NCBI GenBank assembly: GCA_034718215.1 | Contig: JAYEMR010000108.1 | Coordinates: forward strand, 1 to 43,448 | Length of the DNA: 43,448 nt | DNA from: Chloroflexota bacterium | GTDB taxonomy: Bacteria; Chloroflexota; Anaerolineae; JAYEMR01 | Direction of reading: 5' to 3' | Part shown: positions 30,426-38,518 of the stretch, piece after piece | How positions within the stretch are numbered: the stretch's first letter is position 1 | How the letters are laid out: each line of letters begins with the position of its first letter | The notes under the pieces: model-generated | Told to the model about the DNA's origin: nothing | The model's database searches: none | The model's input: the letters and a program-made list of their open reading frames with translations, nothing else | Made by a program: the position numbers and the translations under genes

Positions 30426-32198
30426 TCACTCCGCAGGCCGCAGATCCTGCACGTTGAGCTGCAGTCTGCGCTCTCCGTTCCACACGTTGACCTCGATGGT
30501 GTAGACTACATCCACTCGGTCATCCAGCCTGCCGGCCCAGTTACCCAACCCGAAGCCGATCCCTCCCCATACCGCCCTTCCGTCGGATAACAGCATCTTT
30601 AGGTGACGTCCCTCCTTGCCCACGGCTCGGGCCCTGCGCAACTGGACCTTACGGCTGAGGAAGAGAGGAGGGGGATTGCCCTCGCCGCAGGGTTCCATCT
30701 TTTCCACCAGCGCCTGGGTAGCCCAGTCCATCTCCCTCAGCTCCACCTCTAGGTCGATATCCAACTTGGGCACCAAGTCCACATCCTTCAACTCCCGCTG
30801 GGCGATTGTCAGGAGCTGCTCGCGGAAGGCAGGCAGGTTTTTGTTGCGGATGGTGAACCCACCGGCCATGCGGTGGCCGCCGTGTCGCTCCAGCAGATGC
30901 TCGCACTCATCGAAGGCGCGGGTGATGTGGAACTCGAGGATGCTCCGCGCCGAGCCCCGGCTGAGACCTTCGTTCAACCCCACCACCACTGCCGGTCGGT
31001 AGAACTCCTCGACCAGGCGGCTGGCCACCAGCCCTACGACTCCAGGGTGAAAGCTCTCATGGGCTGCAAAAAGCAGGGGAGGGAGGGGCTTAGCCACCAC
31101 CTGCTCTCGGGCCTGCTCCAACATATCCTCCGTCAGTCGCCTCCGCTCTCGATTGATTACCTCCAACCTCTCCGCCAGAGCTTTGGCCTCCTCCAGCGAG
31201 GGGCTGGTAAGCAGCTGATAGCTGAGCATGGCCGTGTCCAGCCGGCCGGCGGCATTCAATCGGGGGCCGAGGATGAAACTGATTGAGTTGGCCGTGACCT
31301 CCCCAGGCTGCACTCCGGCCTGGCTCATCAGCGCCTGCAGGCCTGCCCGTTGAGGCTCGTTGAGCCGTTCCAGTCCTCCTTTGGCCAGCGTCCGGTTCTC
31401 GTCTGTCAGCGGCACAATGTCCGCCACCGTGCCCAAAGCCACCAGGTCCAACAGATCCTCCTCCTGAAGTGCGACCGGTCCTCCGAGGGGAGTTCTGGCA
31501 TTGGCCCGCAGCAGAGCTCGGGCCAGCTGAAAGGCCACACCCACTCCGGCCAGCTCTTCGAATGGGTAGGGGCAATCGGGCTGTCTGGGATTGATCACTG
31601 CCAGTGCGGGCGGGAGCTCAGGCCCCAGGTGGTGATGGTCAGTAACGATGATATCCAAGCCGCGCCGTGCCTGCTCAATCTGAGGTGCAGCTCGAATGCC
31701 GCAGTCAACGGTTACCAGCACACGCACCCCCTGCCGATAGAGGTTTCGCAGGGCCTCCAGTTGCAGCCCGTACCCCTCCTCCACCCGATGAGGGATGTAG
31801 GGCTGCACTTGAGCCCCCAAAGCGTGCAGCGTCTGCACCAGAAGGGCCGTGGCCGTCACCCCATCCACGTCGAAATCGCCAAACACAGCGATAGGCTCAT
31901 CGTCGCGGATAGCCCGCCGCAATCGTGTAACCGCCCTGGCGACGCCCTTCATCCGAAAGGGGTTGGACTCCAACTCGCCTCCTTGCAGGAAGGATCGAGC
32001 CGCGCCCGGGTCGGTGATGCCCCGATTATAGAGAAGTTGGGCCAAAAGGGGTGAGGGATGGGGGAAACGCTCTAAGAGAGAGGGGGAAATAGGTGGCTTC
32101 ACCCGCCAGCGTTGGGCCTGAGCCTGCAATGGACTTCGTCCTTTCGTCTGGGCTGAGCACAGAGATCCAATCTCAGGAGAGCGTGAGTATGCTAGCAC
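30426..32198 (-). CDS. recJ: single-stranded-DNA-specific exonuclease RecJ
   Basis: 590 aa. DHH motifs FGDFDVDGVTA, VTVDCG and IVTDHHH, plus the DHHA1 motif GGHRMAGG. GTG start. Confidence 0.95.
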   Translation of the reverse strand: MLAYSRSPEIGSLCSAQTKGRSPLQAQAQRWRVKPPISPSLLERFPHPSPLLAQLLYNRGITDPGAARSFLQGGELESNPFRMKGVARAVTRLRRAIRDDEPIAVFGDFDVDGVTATALLVQTLHALGAQVQPYIPHRVEEGYGLQLEALRNLYRQGVRVLVTVDCGIRAAPQIEQARRGLDIIVTDHHHLGPELPPALAVINPRQPDCPYPFEELAGVGVAFQLARALLRANARTPLGGPVALQEEDLLDLVALGTVADIVPLTDENRTLAKGGLERLNEPQRAGLQALMSQAGVQPGEVTANSISFILGPRLNAAGRLDTAMLSYQLLTSPSLEEAKALAERLEVINRERRRLTEDMLEQAREQVVAKPLPPLLFAAHESFHPGVVGLVASRLVEEFYRPAVVVGLNEGLSRGSARSILEFHITRAFDECEHLLERHGGHRMAGGFTIRNKNLPAFREQLLTIAQRELKDVDLVPKLDIDLEVELREMDWATQALVEKMEPCGEGNPPPLFLSRKVQLRRARAVGKEGRHLKMLLSDGRAVWGGIGFGLGNWAGRLDDRVDVVYTIEVNVWNGERRLQLNVQDLRPAE

Positions 32199-32229
32199 AA
32201 TCAGGGGGGATAGTCAATTGGAGGAAGTC

Positions 32230-33020
32230 CTGAGGCCCGAAAAGGCTCTTCCTTTTCAACGAGGTGATGCAGGAGAATCTGGCGGGCATCCGGGTGGTCA
32301 AAGCCTTCGTGCGCAGGCATCACGAGCGGACGCGCTTCGAGGCCGCCAACGCGGATCTGGTCGATCAGGCGATCCTCGCGGCCCGCACGGTCGCCGTGAT
32401 GAGGCCCTTCGTCATGCTGACCCTGAACCTGGGGGTGATAGGCGTGCTGTGGTTCGGCGGCATTCAGGTGAGCCAGGGCGCCATGCAGGTTGGCAGATCA
32501 TCGCCTTCGTCAACTATCTGCTGCGCACCCTATTTTCGCTGCTCATGGTCAGCATGCTGGTGATCCAGATGGCGCGGGCTAAGGCCTCGGCGGATAGGAT
32601 CGAGGAGGTACTGGAGAGCGAGCCCTCGGTGCAGAACCGGCCCGCCGCGGTGCGCGATTTTGCACCTCGAGGCTGGGTGACATTTGAGGAGGTCACCTTC
32701 GGCTACGATGGCGCTAGCGGCGACCCCGTGCTGGAGGACGTCAGCTTCACCGCCGAGCCGGGGCAGACGGTGGCCCTGCTGGGCACCACGGGCGCGGGCA
32801 AGTCGAGCTTGGTCCACTTCATCCCGCGTTTCTATGATGCGACTGAGGGGTGCGTGAAGATCGATGGCGTCGACGTACGCGACGTGGATAAGGACACTCT
32901 GCGCAGACAGATAGGCATCGCCCTGCAGGAGACGGTGCTCTTCAGCGGCACCATCCGCGATAACATCCGCTACGGGCGTCCCGACGCCACCGACGAGGAG
33001 GTGATCGGGGCCGCAGCCAG
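32230..33020 (+). pseudogene. ABC exporter (fused TMD-NBD, MsbA-like) remnant: 5'- and 3'-truncated, with one frameshift near 32490
   Basis: One frame reads FNEVMQENLAGIRVVKAFVRRHHERTRFEAANADL...GAMQVG. The next frame reads QIIAFVNYLLRTLFSLLMVSMLVIQMARAKASADRIEEVL...VTFEEVTFGY...LGTTGAGKSSLV (Walker A)...ALQETVLFSGTIRDNIRYG. The first four TM helices and everything from the LSGGQ signature onward are absent. Confidence 0.75.
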
Positions 33021-33127
33021 TTCAAGGAACAACACCACCCAGTGCCTGAACCGACGACCTGATTAACGAATCGATGCCAGTCGCAACGGCGGCCTCTACC
33101 AGGTGGCCTGAGCATAGGCGGTGAGAA

Positions 33128-33481
33128 TCAAGGGCCCACGTTCTCAAGAAATACCACAAACCCCTTGCCGCCAAGGGCATTATCAGGCTGTGGATCCCAA
33201 GGCTTGGAGAGAATATCGAGCAGGCCGTTGCCGGTGACGTCGCCGACCACCGCCGCGTGACCGCCGAGGTTGGCGTCGAGGATGACGTGCGCCTGCCACA
33301 TCCCGCCCTTGCCGTCGAGATTCTCCCAGATGTAGTAGCGCGGCGGGCGCTTCCCCCCGACCGCCTCCATCTCGCAGGAGAACACATCAAAATCCCCATC
33401 TGCGTCCAGGTCGCCCACATACAGCGAGTGGTAGGCACCCCGTGCCTCGGCTGTGTTGCAGTGCACACCGTCCTCTGTCAC
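33128..33481 (-). pseudogene. FG-GAP/VCBS repeat protein, C-terminal fragment only
   Basis: Two FG-GAP-like blades (VGDLDADGDFDVF, VGDVTGNGLLDIL) in only 117 aa. A functional beta-propeller needs about seven blades. Confidence 0.55.
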
Positions 33482-33556
33482 ATACTCCTCACTGTGCTTA
33501 ATGCTTCGATAGCGTTGCCCAACAGATTGTAGCCGCCCTACCGTCAGGCAGGAGAG

Positions 33557-34591
33557 CTAACTCAGCGCTCGAAGGGCCTCCTGGATTCGAGCCTGAGCAT
33601 CGGCCAACTGCCGGCTGAGAGTGTCCCTCTCCTGCTCCAGCTCCGCAACGCGCTCTTGGACCTCGGTCAACTGTCGGCTGAGGGCGGCGTTCTCCCTCTC
33701 TAGCTCAGCGATGCGTGCCAGAAGCTCCTCTCGCTCGCTCGGGGGAGCCTCGGCCTGCTCCCTGAGATAGTTGGCCAGGAGGCTCACCATTTCGCCGCTG
33801 AGATCAAAGGTATCCCACGTAGGATCCAACGTCCCCAAGCAGAAGATAGTGGCCCCAGCTACATAGTCATCCTCTTGAAGGTTCTGATCGTACCATATAA
33901 GCTGATCCAGGTAGTCCTGGGCATCGGTGAAGCTGCGCCATCCACCCTGAGCACCTGGGTCCCAGTGAGCAGCCCCGCTGTCAATGCCGCATTCGGTGAT
34001 GAGGAACCTCGGCGGATTTTCCAGATGCTTGGAGATCGCATCCCAAGCCTGGCGATACCGCAGTGTGAACCAACCGGTGTCGGGTGGATTGAAGCCCCTG
34101 GGATCGTCCAAGCGCGGCGCGCAGTACTCGTGGACGCCGACGTAGTCGGCTACACGAAGCGCGTCCAACATCTCCGGCCTTTCCCAATCGGCGATCTCCG
34201 GAACGCCCACGCTCCAGGAGCCAGCTACATACTTCAGCCCCTCCTCATGGACCAGCTCGGCCATCCGCCTGTCGAAGCGGCAGAGGGAGGACAGCCTGCT
34301 TCGGGAGAGCTCGTTATAGCCCTCCACTGCATCGTAGAACCGCGCCGCGCTGGAATCACGGTACCAACTCGCCAGCTCCTCGGCCTCACCCTCTGGGTCA
34401 TCCAGCGGCTGATTCTCGCAGAATTTGCGGCCGATCAGCAGCAGCTCCGGGTACTCGGCCTTTATCTCCCGCCAGAAGGCGGCGTCATGATGCACCGTCT
34501 TCACCACCACTGGGCGCGCGTCCAGGATGAAGTCGCGCATGGTGTCGGCCTCGGTGATGAAATTGATGTGAACACCTAGCTTGCTCGGCAT
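33557..34591 (-). CDS. putative TIM-barrel glycoside-hydrolase-like protein with a C-terminal coiled coil
   Basis: 344 aa. Clan GH-A-like features (VGVHEY, FLITECGID) and a C-terminal heptad segment LLARIAELERENAALSRQLTEVQERVAELEQERDTLSRQL. The family assignment is tentative. Confidence 0.5.
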   Translation of the reverse strand: MPSKLGVHINFITEADTMRDFILDARPVVVKTVHHDAAFWREIKAEYPELLLIGRKFCENQPLDDPEGEAEELASWYRDSSAARFYDAVEGYNELSRSRLSSLCRFDRRMAELVHEEGLKYVAGSWSVGVPEIADWERPEMLDALRVADYVGVHEYCAPRLDDPRGFNPPDTGWFTLRYRQAWDAISKHLENPPRFLITECGIDSGAAHWDPGAQGGWRSFTDAQDYLDQLIWYDQNLQEDDYVAGATIFCLGTLDPTWDTFDLSGEMVSLLANYLREQAEAPPSEREELLARIAELERENAALSRQLTEVQERVAELEQERDTLSRQLADAQARIQEALRALS

Positions 34592-34614
34592 TTATAGCCT
34601 CCCTCCTATTGTCA

Positions 34615-34640
34615 TGCCCGCACCTGATCGGGCACAGGTG
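34615..34640 (-). repeat. 26-nt interleaved-palindrome element, copy 1
   Basis: Plus strand TGCCCGCACCTGATCGGGCACAGGTG. It lies in the spacer between the GH-like gene and larA. Confidence 0.85.
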
Positions 34641-34674
34641 GACAGGAATAGGGAACACACTACGTCAGTGAGAG

Positions 34675-35955
34675 TTAACTCGGGGATACTACGGGCAACG
34701 TCTCCGCCGCCCGAGGTAAGATGTGCACCTTCGCATCGGGCCCGTGGCGGCTCAAAGCCTCCTCCAGCGCCTCCTGCACTGTGGCGAAGGGCACGTACCC
34801 CAGGGCCTCTGTCTCCTGAGCTGATATCCCATCGGAGACCAGGCTGATCTGTCGGCCGGCGCGCACCCTGGCCCAGGCAATGGCCAGTGCCGCGGCGACC
34901 CCGTCCTCGATTCCTCCCTCCCGAACTTTGGCGTCTATCTCCTCCGGGCTCCAGGCGGTGAACTCCAGCATCTCCGAGTGCATAACCGAAACTCCCTCGG
35001 GGCAGGGGGACACCACTATGATAGTTCCCCCCGGCTGGACCGCCATGTCCGCCGGATAGAGGGCCTTGTGCGACTGCCAGAACTCGATCTCGGCGGGGAA
35101 GGCCCCAGAGACCGCTATATCCGCCCGCGTGTCGAAGGGGCAGGCGTGCACCTCTCGGCAGGTCTCAACGCCAGCGCGGAAGGCCTGCCTCTGGTCGCCG
35201 AACACGACGCGCACCGTCTTCCCCTCCTCATTGAGCACCACATTCAGGATGGCCGTCAGCCCCGCCTGCCCGGCAACCTCCTCCATCTCAGCCCGCACCT
35301 CGTTCTCCACCTCCCCCAGCAAAGAAGGGCGCTGACGGACGCCTAGCAGATGGGTAGCGGCCGTCGTCTCAGCGCCGGAGACCCCCGGCTGGATGATCTT
35401 GGCCCCGCCGGAGAAACCGCAGAGGTGGTGAGGCATGATGGAGCCCACCCCGATTACACAGTCCGCCTCCCACACGGTACGGTTTATGAGGATGGGCGTC
35501 CCCCGATCCGTGACACCCAGGTCCACTAGGCGGTCGATATCGTGGCAGTCGTGGTTCTCTATGGCGATGCGCTCCACGACCTCCTCGCCGTACTTAGTCC
35601 TGCACTCCGCCTCGCTCATCGGCCGGTGAGTCCCCAGGGCGATGATCAGAGTGATCTGATCATCAGCGACCCCAGCGGCATTTAGCTCCTCCAGAAGCGG
35701 GGGCAGGAGAAGGTGCGTTGGGGTTAGGCGAGTGATGTCGTCGGCGATGAGGGCCACCCGTCGGGCGCCGTGAGCCAGCTCTCTCAGAGGAGGGACGCCG
35801 ATAGGATGCTCCAAGCCCCGCCGCACCTCAGCGGCGACGTCTGAGCAGGGAGTCGTGGGCTGAGGCTCCAGCACCAGGCCCAGGTTTCGACGATCCACCT
35901 CCACCCTCAGCACTATCTCCCCGTAGGGAATCTCGATAGATATAGCTTTGGACAT
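34675..35955 (-). CDS. larA: LarA-family (nickel-pincer dependent) 2-hydroxyacid racemase/epimerase homologue
   Basis: Start at the ATG at 35955 with GGAG upstream (MSKAISIEIPYGE). DUF2088/LarA N-domain, ALGTHRPM and PHHLCGFSGGAKIIQPG motifs. No larBCE genes are in the window. Confidence 0.8.
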   Translation of the reverse strand: MSKAISIEIPYGEIVLRVEVDRRNLGLVLEPQPTTPCSDVAAEVRRGLEHPIGVPPLRELAHGARRVALIADDITRLTPTHLLLPPLLEELNAAGVADDQITLIIALGTHRPMSEAECRTKYGEEVVERIAIENHDCHDIDRLVDLGVTDRGTPILINRTVWEADCVIGVGSIMPHHLCGFSGGAKIIQPGVSGAETTAATHLLGVRQRPSLLGEVENEVRAEMEEVAGQAGLTAILNVVLNEEGKTVRVVFGDQRQAFRAGVETCREVHACPFDTRADIAVSGAFPAEIEFWQSHKALYPADMAVQPGGTIIVVSPCPEGVSVMHSEMLEFTAWSPEEIDAKVREGGIEDGVAAALAIAWARVRAGRQISLVSDGISAQETEALGYVPFATVQEALEEALSRHGPDAKVHILPRAAETLPVVSPS

Positions 35956-36040
35956 AGCGTCTCCTTTTCTCAAGTCGATTCAGGATCAGGAGTAGATTAT
36001 AGCACATCTGTGGCCAGGGCCAAGATGTAGGGAAGGAGAT

Positions 36041-36069
36041 TTGGCAATCAACGGCGAAACGGGTATAAT
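36041..36069 (+). promoter_or_regulatory. near-consensus promoter TTGGCA-N17-TATAAT
   Basis: -35 at 36041-36046 and -10 at 36064-36069. The leader of about 120 nt holds an 8-bp hairpin (CTCCTGTC 36094-36101 / GACAGGAG 36123-36130) and element copy 2. Confidence 0.6.
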
Positions 36070-36135
36070 AATCCCTCAGGTTCAGTTTGAAGGCTCCTGT
36101 CCACCTGTCCCTCGCCTGCGCAGACAGGAGCCGAT

Positions 36136-36161
36136 CACCTGTACCCGATCAGGTGCGGGCA
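36136..36161 (+). repeat. 26-nt interleaved-palindrome element, copy 2
   Basis: CACCTGTACCCGATCAGGTGCGGGCA, in the leader of the 543-aa ORF. Confidence 0.85.
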
Positions 36162-36195
36162 GGCACGGGTGCCGACAGGCAGTAAAGGAGAAGAG

Positions 36196-37827
36196 ATGAT
36201 TAAGCGCCAGACTCAGCAGTTTGATTATTGGAAGGAGTTTTCGGTCACAGAAGGTAGCCTGGAGCATCTATATGAGTTGTTCCTCGAGGGGGAGGAGCCA
36301 CACACCAGCGAGGAGCTAGCTCTGGCCCTCATCCGGAGCCGTTACCGCGAGGAGGAGGATCGCCTGCGCCAGAAATTGTCGAGCGGCGAGATCTTTCAGC
36401 CACGGAACTCATACCCTGAGGGTACGCAGCTTATTTTCCCAGCCCTAGGCTATGAGCTGGCCACCGTCGTCGGCAAGCGACCGGGCCACAGCGTGCGGTA
36501 CGGTGATTTCACAGTTATTCAGGCCCAGTTCGCTGAGGGAGGGCCGACGCGCGAGTTCGCCTCGGAGCTTGAAGCCTCCCATCCCCTCAACCTTGAGAAG
36601 GAGGGGGATATCCTGGCCAGCGGTGATCTGCTTTCACCCAAGGAGCTGTACTCCGCTCGAGGGGACGCAGTGGCCTCAACCCTGGAGGAGACGCTGGCTG
36701 AGAGCGAGGATTTCGTCCACTGGAATGATGAGTGGTACCTCCGGGAGCTCATGCCCGATCTAAATGAGGGACATCGAAACATCGTGGAGGCGGTTATTGA
36801 GGTGGAGGGCGAGCCCATGGAGGCGGAGGGGCTCCTGCCCAAGTTGGATCTCTCGGATGAGTTCAAGCCTAGGGCCCAGGTCTTTGCCCTCAATTATTCC
36901 CTGGCCCACGATGAACGCTTCGAGGATGTGGGGCCAGCGGGCCAGGTCCGCTGGTTCCTGAGGCGCATGGAGCCGGAGGAGGTCCATGAGAAACCTCCCC
37001 GCCTTCGCTGCCAGAGGGAGTCCTACGATCCTACTGTGATCCGGCCGGATATGCTGGATTGGGTGCAAGAGTTCGCTGATGAGTTGATTGAGCCAGAGCT
37101 GCAGCCGACTTGGGAACCGGAGCAGGAGGAGACGACGCTGGTGCTCACCTACCCCCACCGCAGAGCGGGCACCCTTCCCCTGACGCCTCAGACCACCCCC
37201 TTCTTCCCTCAGAAGGAGGATGGCCCAGTGCATATCTATTTCCGCCATCCGCAGAGCAAAACGCGCTGGCCGGGCTGGGTCGTGGCTCAGGAGGGCTACG
37301 TGTATGGCCTGAGGCAATGGTACGATGAGGCCTCCATCCCCGCTGGGACTTATATCACACTGAGGCGCGGGGCTGACCCTTTGGAAGTGCTGATCGAGTG
37401 TCAACAGCGGCGCCTGAGGGAGTGGGTACGGGTAGCCCAAGTTCGGGATGGGAAGCTGACCTTCGAAATGCAGTCCCGCTCCGTTTCCTGGGAATATGAT
37501 GACTTGATGCTCATATCCGAGGCCCATCCTTCACCTGTGCCTGATCAGGTGCAGGCAAAGATAGATCGTGTGTGGCAGCGGGCGGAGGAGGAGCGCAGGT
37601 CCATTTTCACCATCCTCTGCGAGATATTCCCTGAGCTGTCCAAACTCAATCCGCAGGGTACGGTACACGTCAAAACGCTCTACGCGGCGGTGAATGTGAT
37701 ACGCCGCTTCTCGCCAGGCCCCATCTTGGCCGAGCTGTCCACACGGGCATGTTTCCTTCCCGTGGGCGACGGTTATTGGAGCTACCATGAAGAACACCTG
37801 TGCCTGATCAGGTGCAGGCAAAGGTAG
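36196..37827 (+). CDS. hypothetical acidic protein, 543 aa, no family recognised
   Basis: ATG at 36196 with GGAG 5 nt upstream; the track ORF starts at a GTG at 36169. It is a long uninterrupted ORF. The N-terminal segment (SLEHLYELFLEGEEPHTSEELALALIRS) looks winged-helix-like. It carries element copies 3 and 4 in frame. Confidence 0.7.
   Translation: MIKRQTQQFDYWKEFSVTEGSLEHLYELFLEGEEPHTSEELALALIRSRYREEEDRLRQKLSSGEIFQPRNSYPEGTQLIFPALGYELATVVGKRPGHSVRYGDFTVIQAQFAEGGPTREFASELEASHPLNLEKEGDILASGDLLSPKELYSARGDAVASTLEETLAESEDFVHWNDEWYLRELMPDLNEGHRNIVEAVIEVEGEPMEAEGLLPKLDLSDEFKPRAQVFALNYSLAHDERFEDVGPAGQVRWFLRRMEPEEVHEKPPRLRCQRESYDPTVIRPDMLDWVQEFADELIEPELQPTWEPEQEETTLVLTYPHRRAGTLPLTPQTTPFFPQKEDGPVHIYFRHPQSKTRWPGWVVAQEGYVYGLRQWYDEASIPAGTYITLRRGADPLEVLIECQQRRLREWVRVAQVRDGKLTFEMQSRSVSWEYDDLMLISEAHPSPVPDQVQAKIDRVWQRAEEERRSIFTILCEIFPELSKLNPQGTVHVKTLYAAVNVIRRFSPGPILAELSTRACFLPVGDGYWSYHEEHLCLIRCRQR
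37532..37557 (+). repeat. 26-nt interleaved-palindrome element, copy 3 (intragenic)
   Basis: CACCTGTGCCTGATCAGGTGCAGGCA, translated as SPVPDQVQA within the 543-aa ORF. Confidence 0.9.
37795..37820 (+). repeat. 26-nt interleaved-palindrome element, copy 4 (supplies the ORF C-terminus)
   Basis: Identical to copy 3 but read in a different frame (HLCLIRCRQR-stop). The TAG at 37825-37827 lies just beyond it. Confidence 0.9.
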
Positions 37828-37843
37828 TATGGAGATAAATACC

Positions 37844-38299
37844 ATGCCTACATCCCTAAATGACGATCCGGAGGCTCAGATAAGCATACTGCGATCTACG
37901 GTAGAGACCAAGTTTCACATAGACACGGAGTGGTGGGAGGAGCAGGGACGCAACCTGCGCTTTCACCTATATGATCGCCTATGTCCCGATTGCAAGGAAC
38001 TCTACTCCTCCTACAATGAGGTGGAGGAGGTGGATTGGGTAGATGATGAGACCGCGGAGGTAACCCGAGTGAATGCTCTGTGGCATGCCCTAAGCACCTG
38101 TTGCAGCAACAGGCCCGATTACATCACCGAGGAAACACCTTTCATTGAGGCCATCTTTCGAGTTTTCCTATCCAATGGCAACACCCCTCTCACCCCCCTC
38201 GAACTGCATGAACGCCTCAACCCCCGTCCGCCAAAGGTCATCCTCCGACTGCTGACCGGGGATCGGATCTACAACGGCATCAGGCCTTGTCCCTCCTAA
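37844..38299 (+). CDS. hypothetical protein, about 151 aa, no family recognised
   Basis: ATG at 37844 with GGAG 9 nt upstream; the alternative ATG at 37829 is used in the track. It has a CPDC pair and a C-terminal segment (TPLTPLELHERLNPRPPKVILRLL), and is co-oriented with the 543-aa ORF. Confidence 0.6.
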   Translation: MPTSLNDDPEAQISILRSTVETKFHIDTEWWEEQGRNLRFHLYDRLCPDCKELYSSYNEVEEVDWVDDETAEVTRVNALWHALSTCCSNRPDYITEETPFIEAIFRVFLSNGNTPLTPLELHERLNPRPPKVILRLLTGDRIYNGIRPCPS

Positions 38300-38341
38300 C
38301 CTTGAGCCTGACGCTACAGCTAGCGGCTGCGGAAGGCCGTG

Positions 38342-38367
38342 CACCCGTGCCTGATCGGGTACAGGCA
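38342..38367 (+). repeat. 26-nt interleaved-palindrome element, copy 5
   Basis: CACCCGTGCCTGATCGGGTACAGGCA, 7 nt upstream of tRNA-Arg. Confidence 0.85.
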
Positions 38368-38374
38368 AACACCT

Positions 38375-38447
38375 GCCCCTGTAGCTCAGCGGACAGAGCA
38401 CCTGCCTTCTAAGCAGGGTGCCGGGGGTTCGAATCCCTCCAGGGGCA
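38375..38447 (+). tRNA. tRNA-Arg (anticodon UCU), 73 nt, CCA not encoded
   Basis: Hand-folded cloverleaf. Acceptor GCCCCTG/CAGGGGC, D stem GCTC/GAGC, anticodon stem CCTGC/GCAGG with loop CT-TCT-AA. Variable loop GTGCC, T arm GGGGG-TTCGAAT-CCCTC, discriminator A. Confidence 0.9.
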
Positions 38448-38495
38448 CTGGACTAGGAGGTCGATGCAAGTGGGATGGGCCTGAATTACCGGTGA

Positions 38496-38514
38496 CCTGT
38501 CTGCCACAGGCAGG
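38496..38514 (+). repeat. 19-nt hairpin element, left copy of a perfect inverted pair
   Basis: CCTGTCTGCCACAGGCAGG. It folds as an 8-bp stem (one G-U pair) with loop CCA. Its exact reverse complement is at 38715-38733. Confidence 0.85.
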
Positions 38515-38518
38515 AAAG

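Noticed and set aside
36760-37527. A 255-aa minus-strand ORF inside the 543-aa gene.
   Set aside because: It is antisense to a longer ORF that has an RBS and a promoter. Its composition is Leu/Pro/Gly/Arg-rich and it has no recognisable domain.
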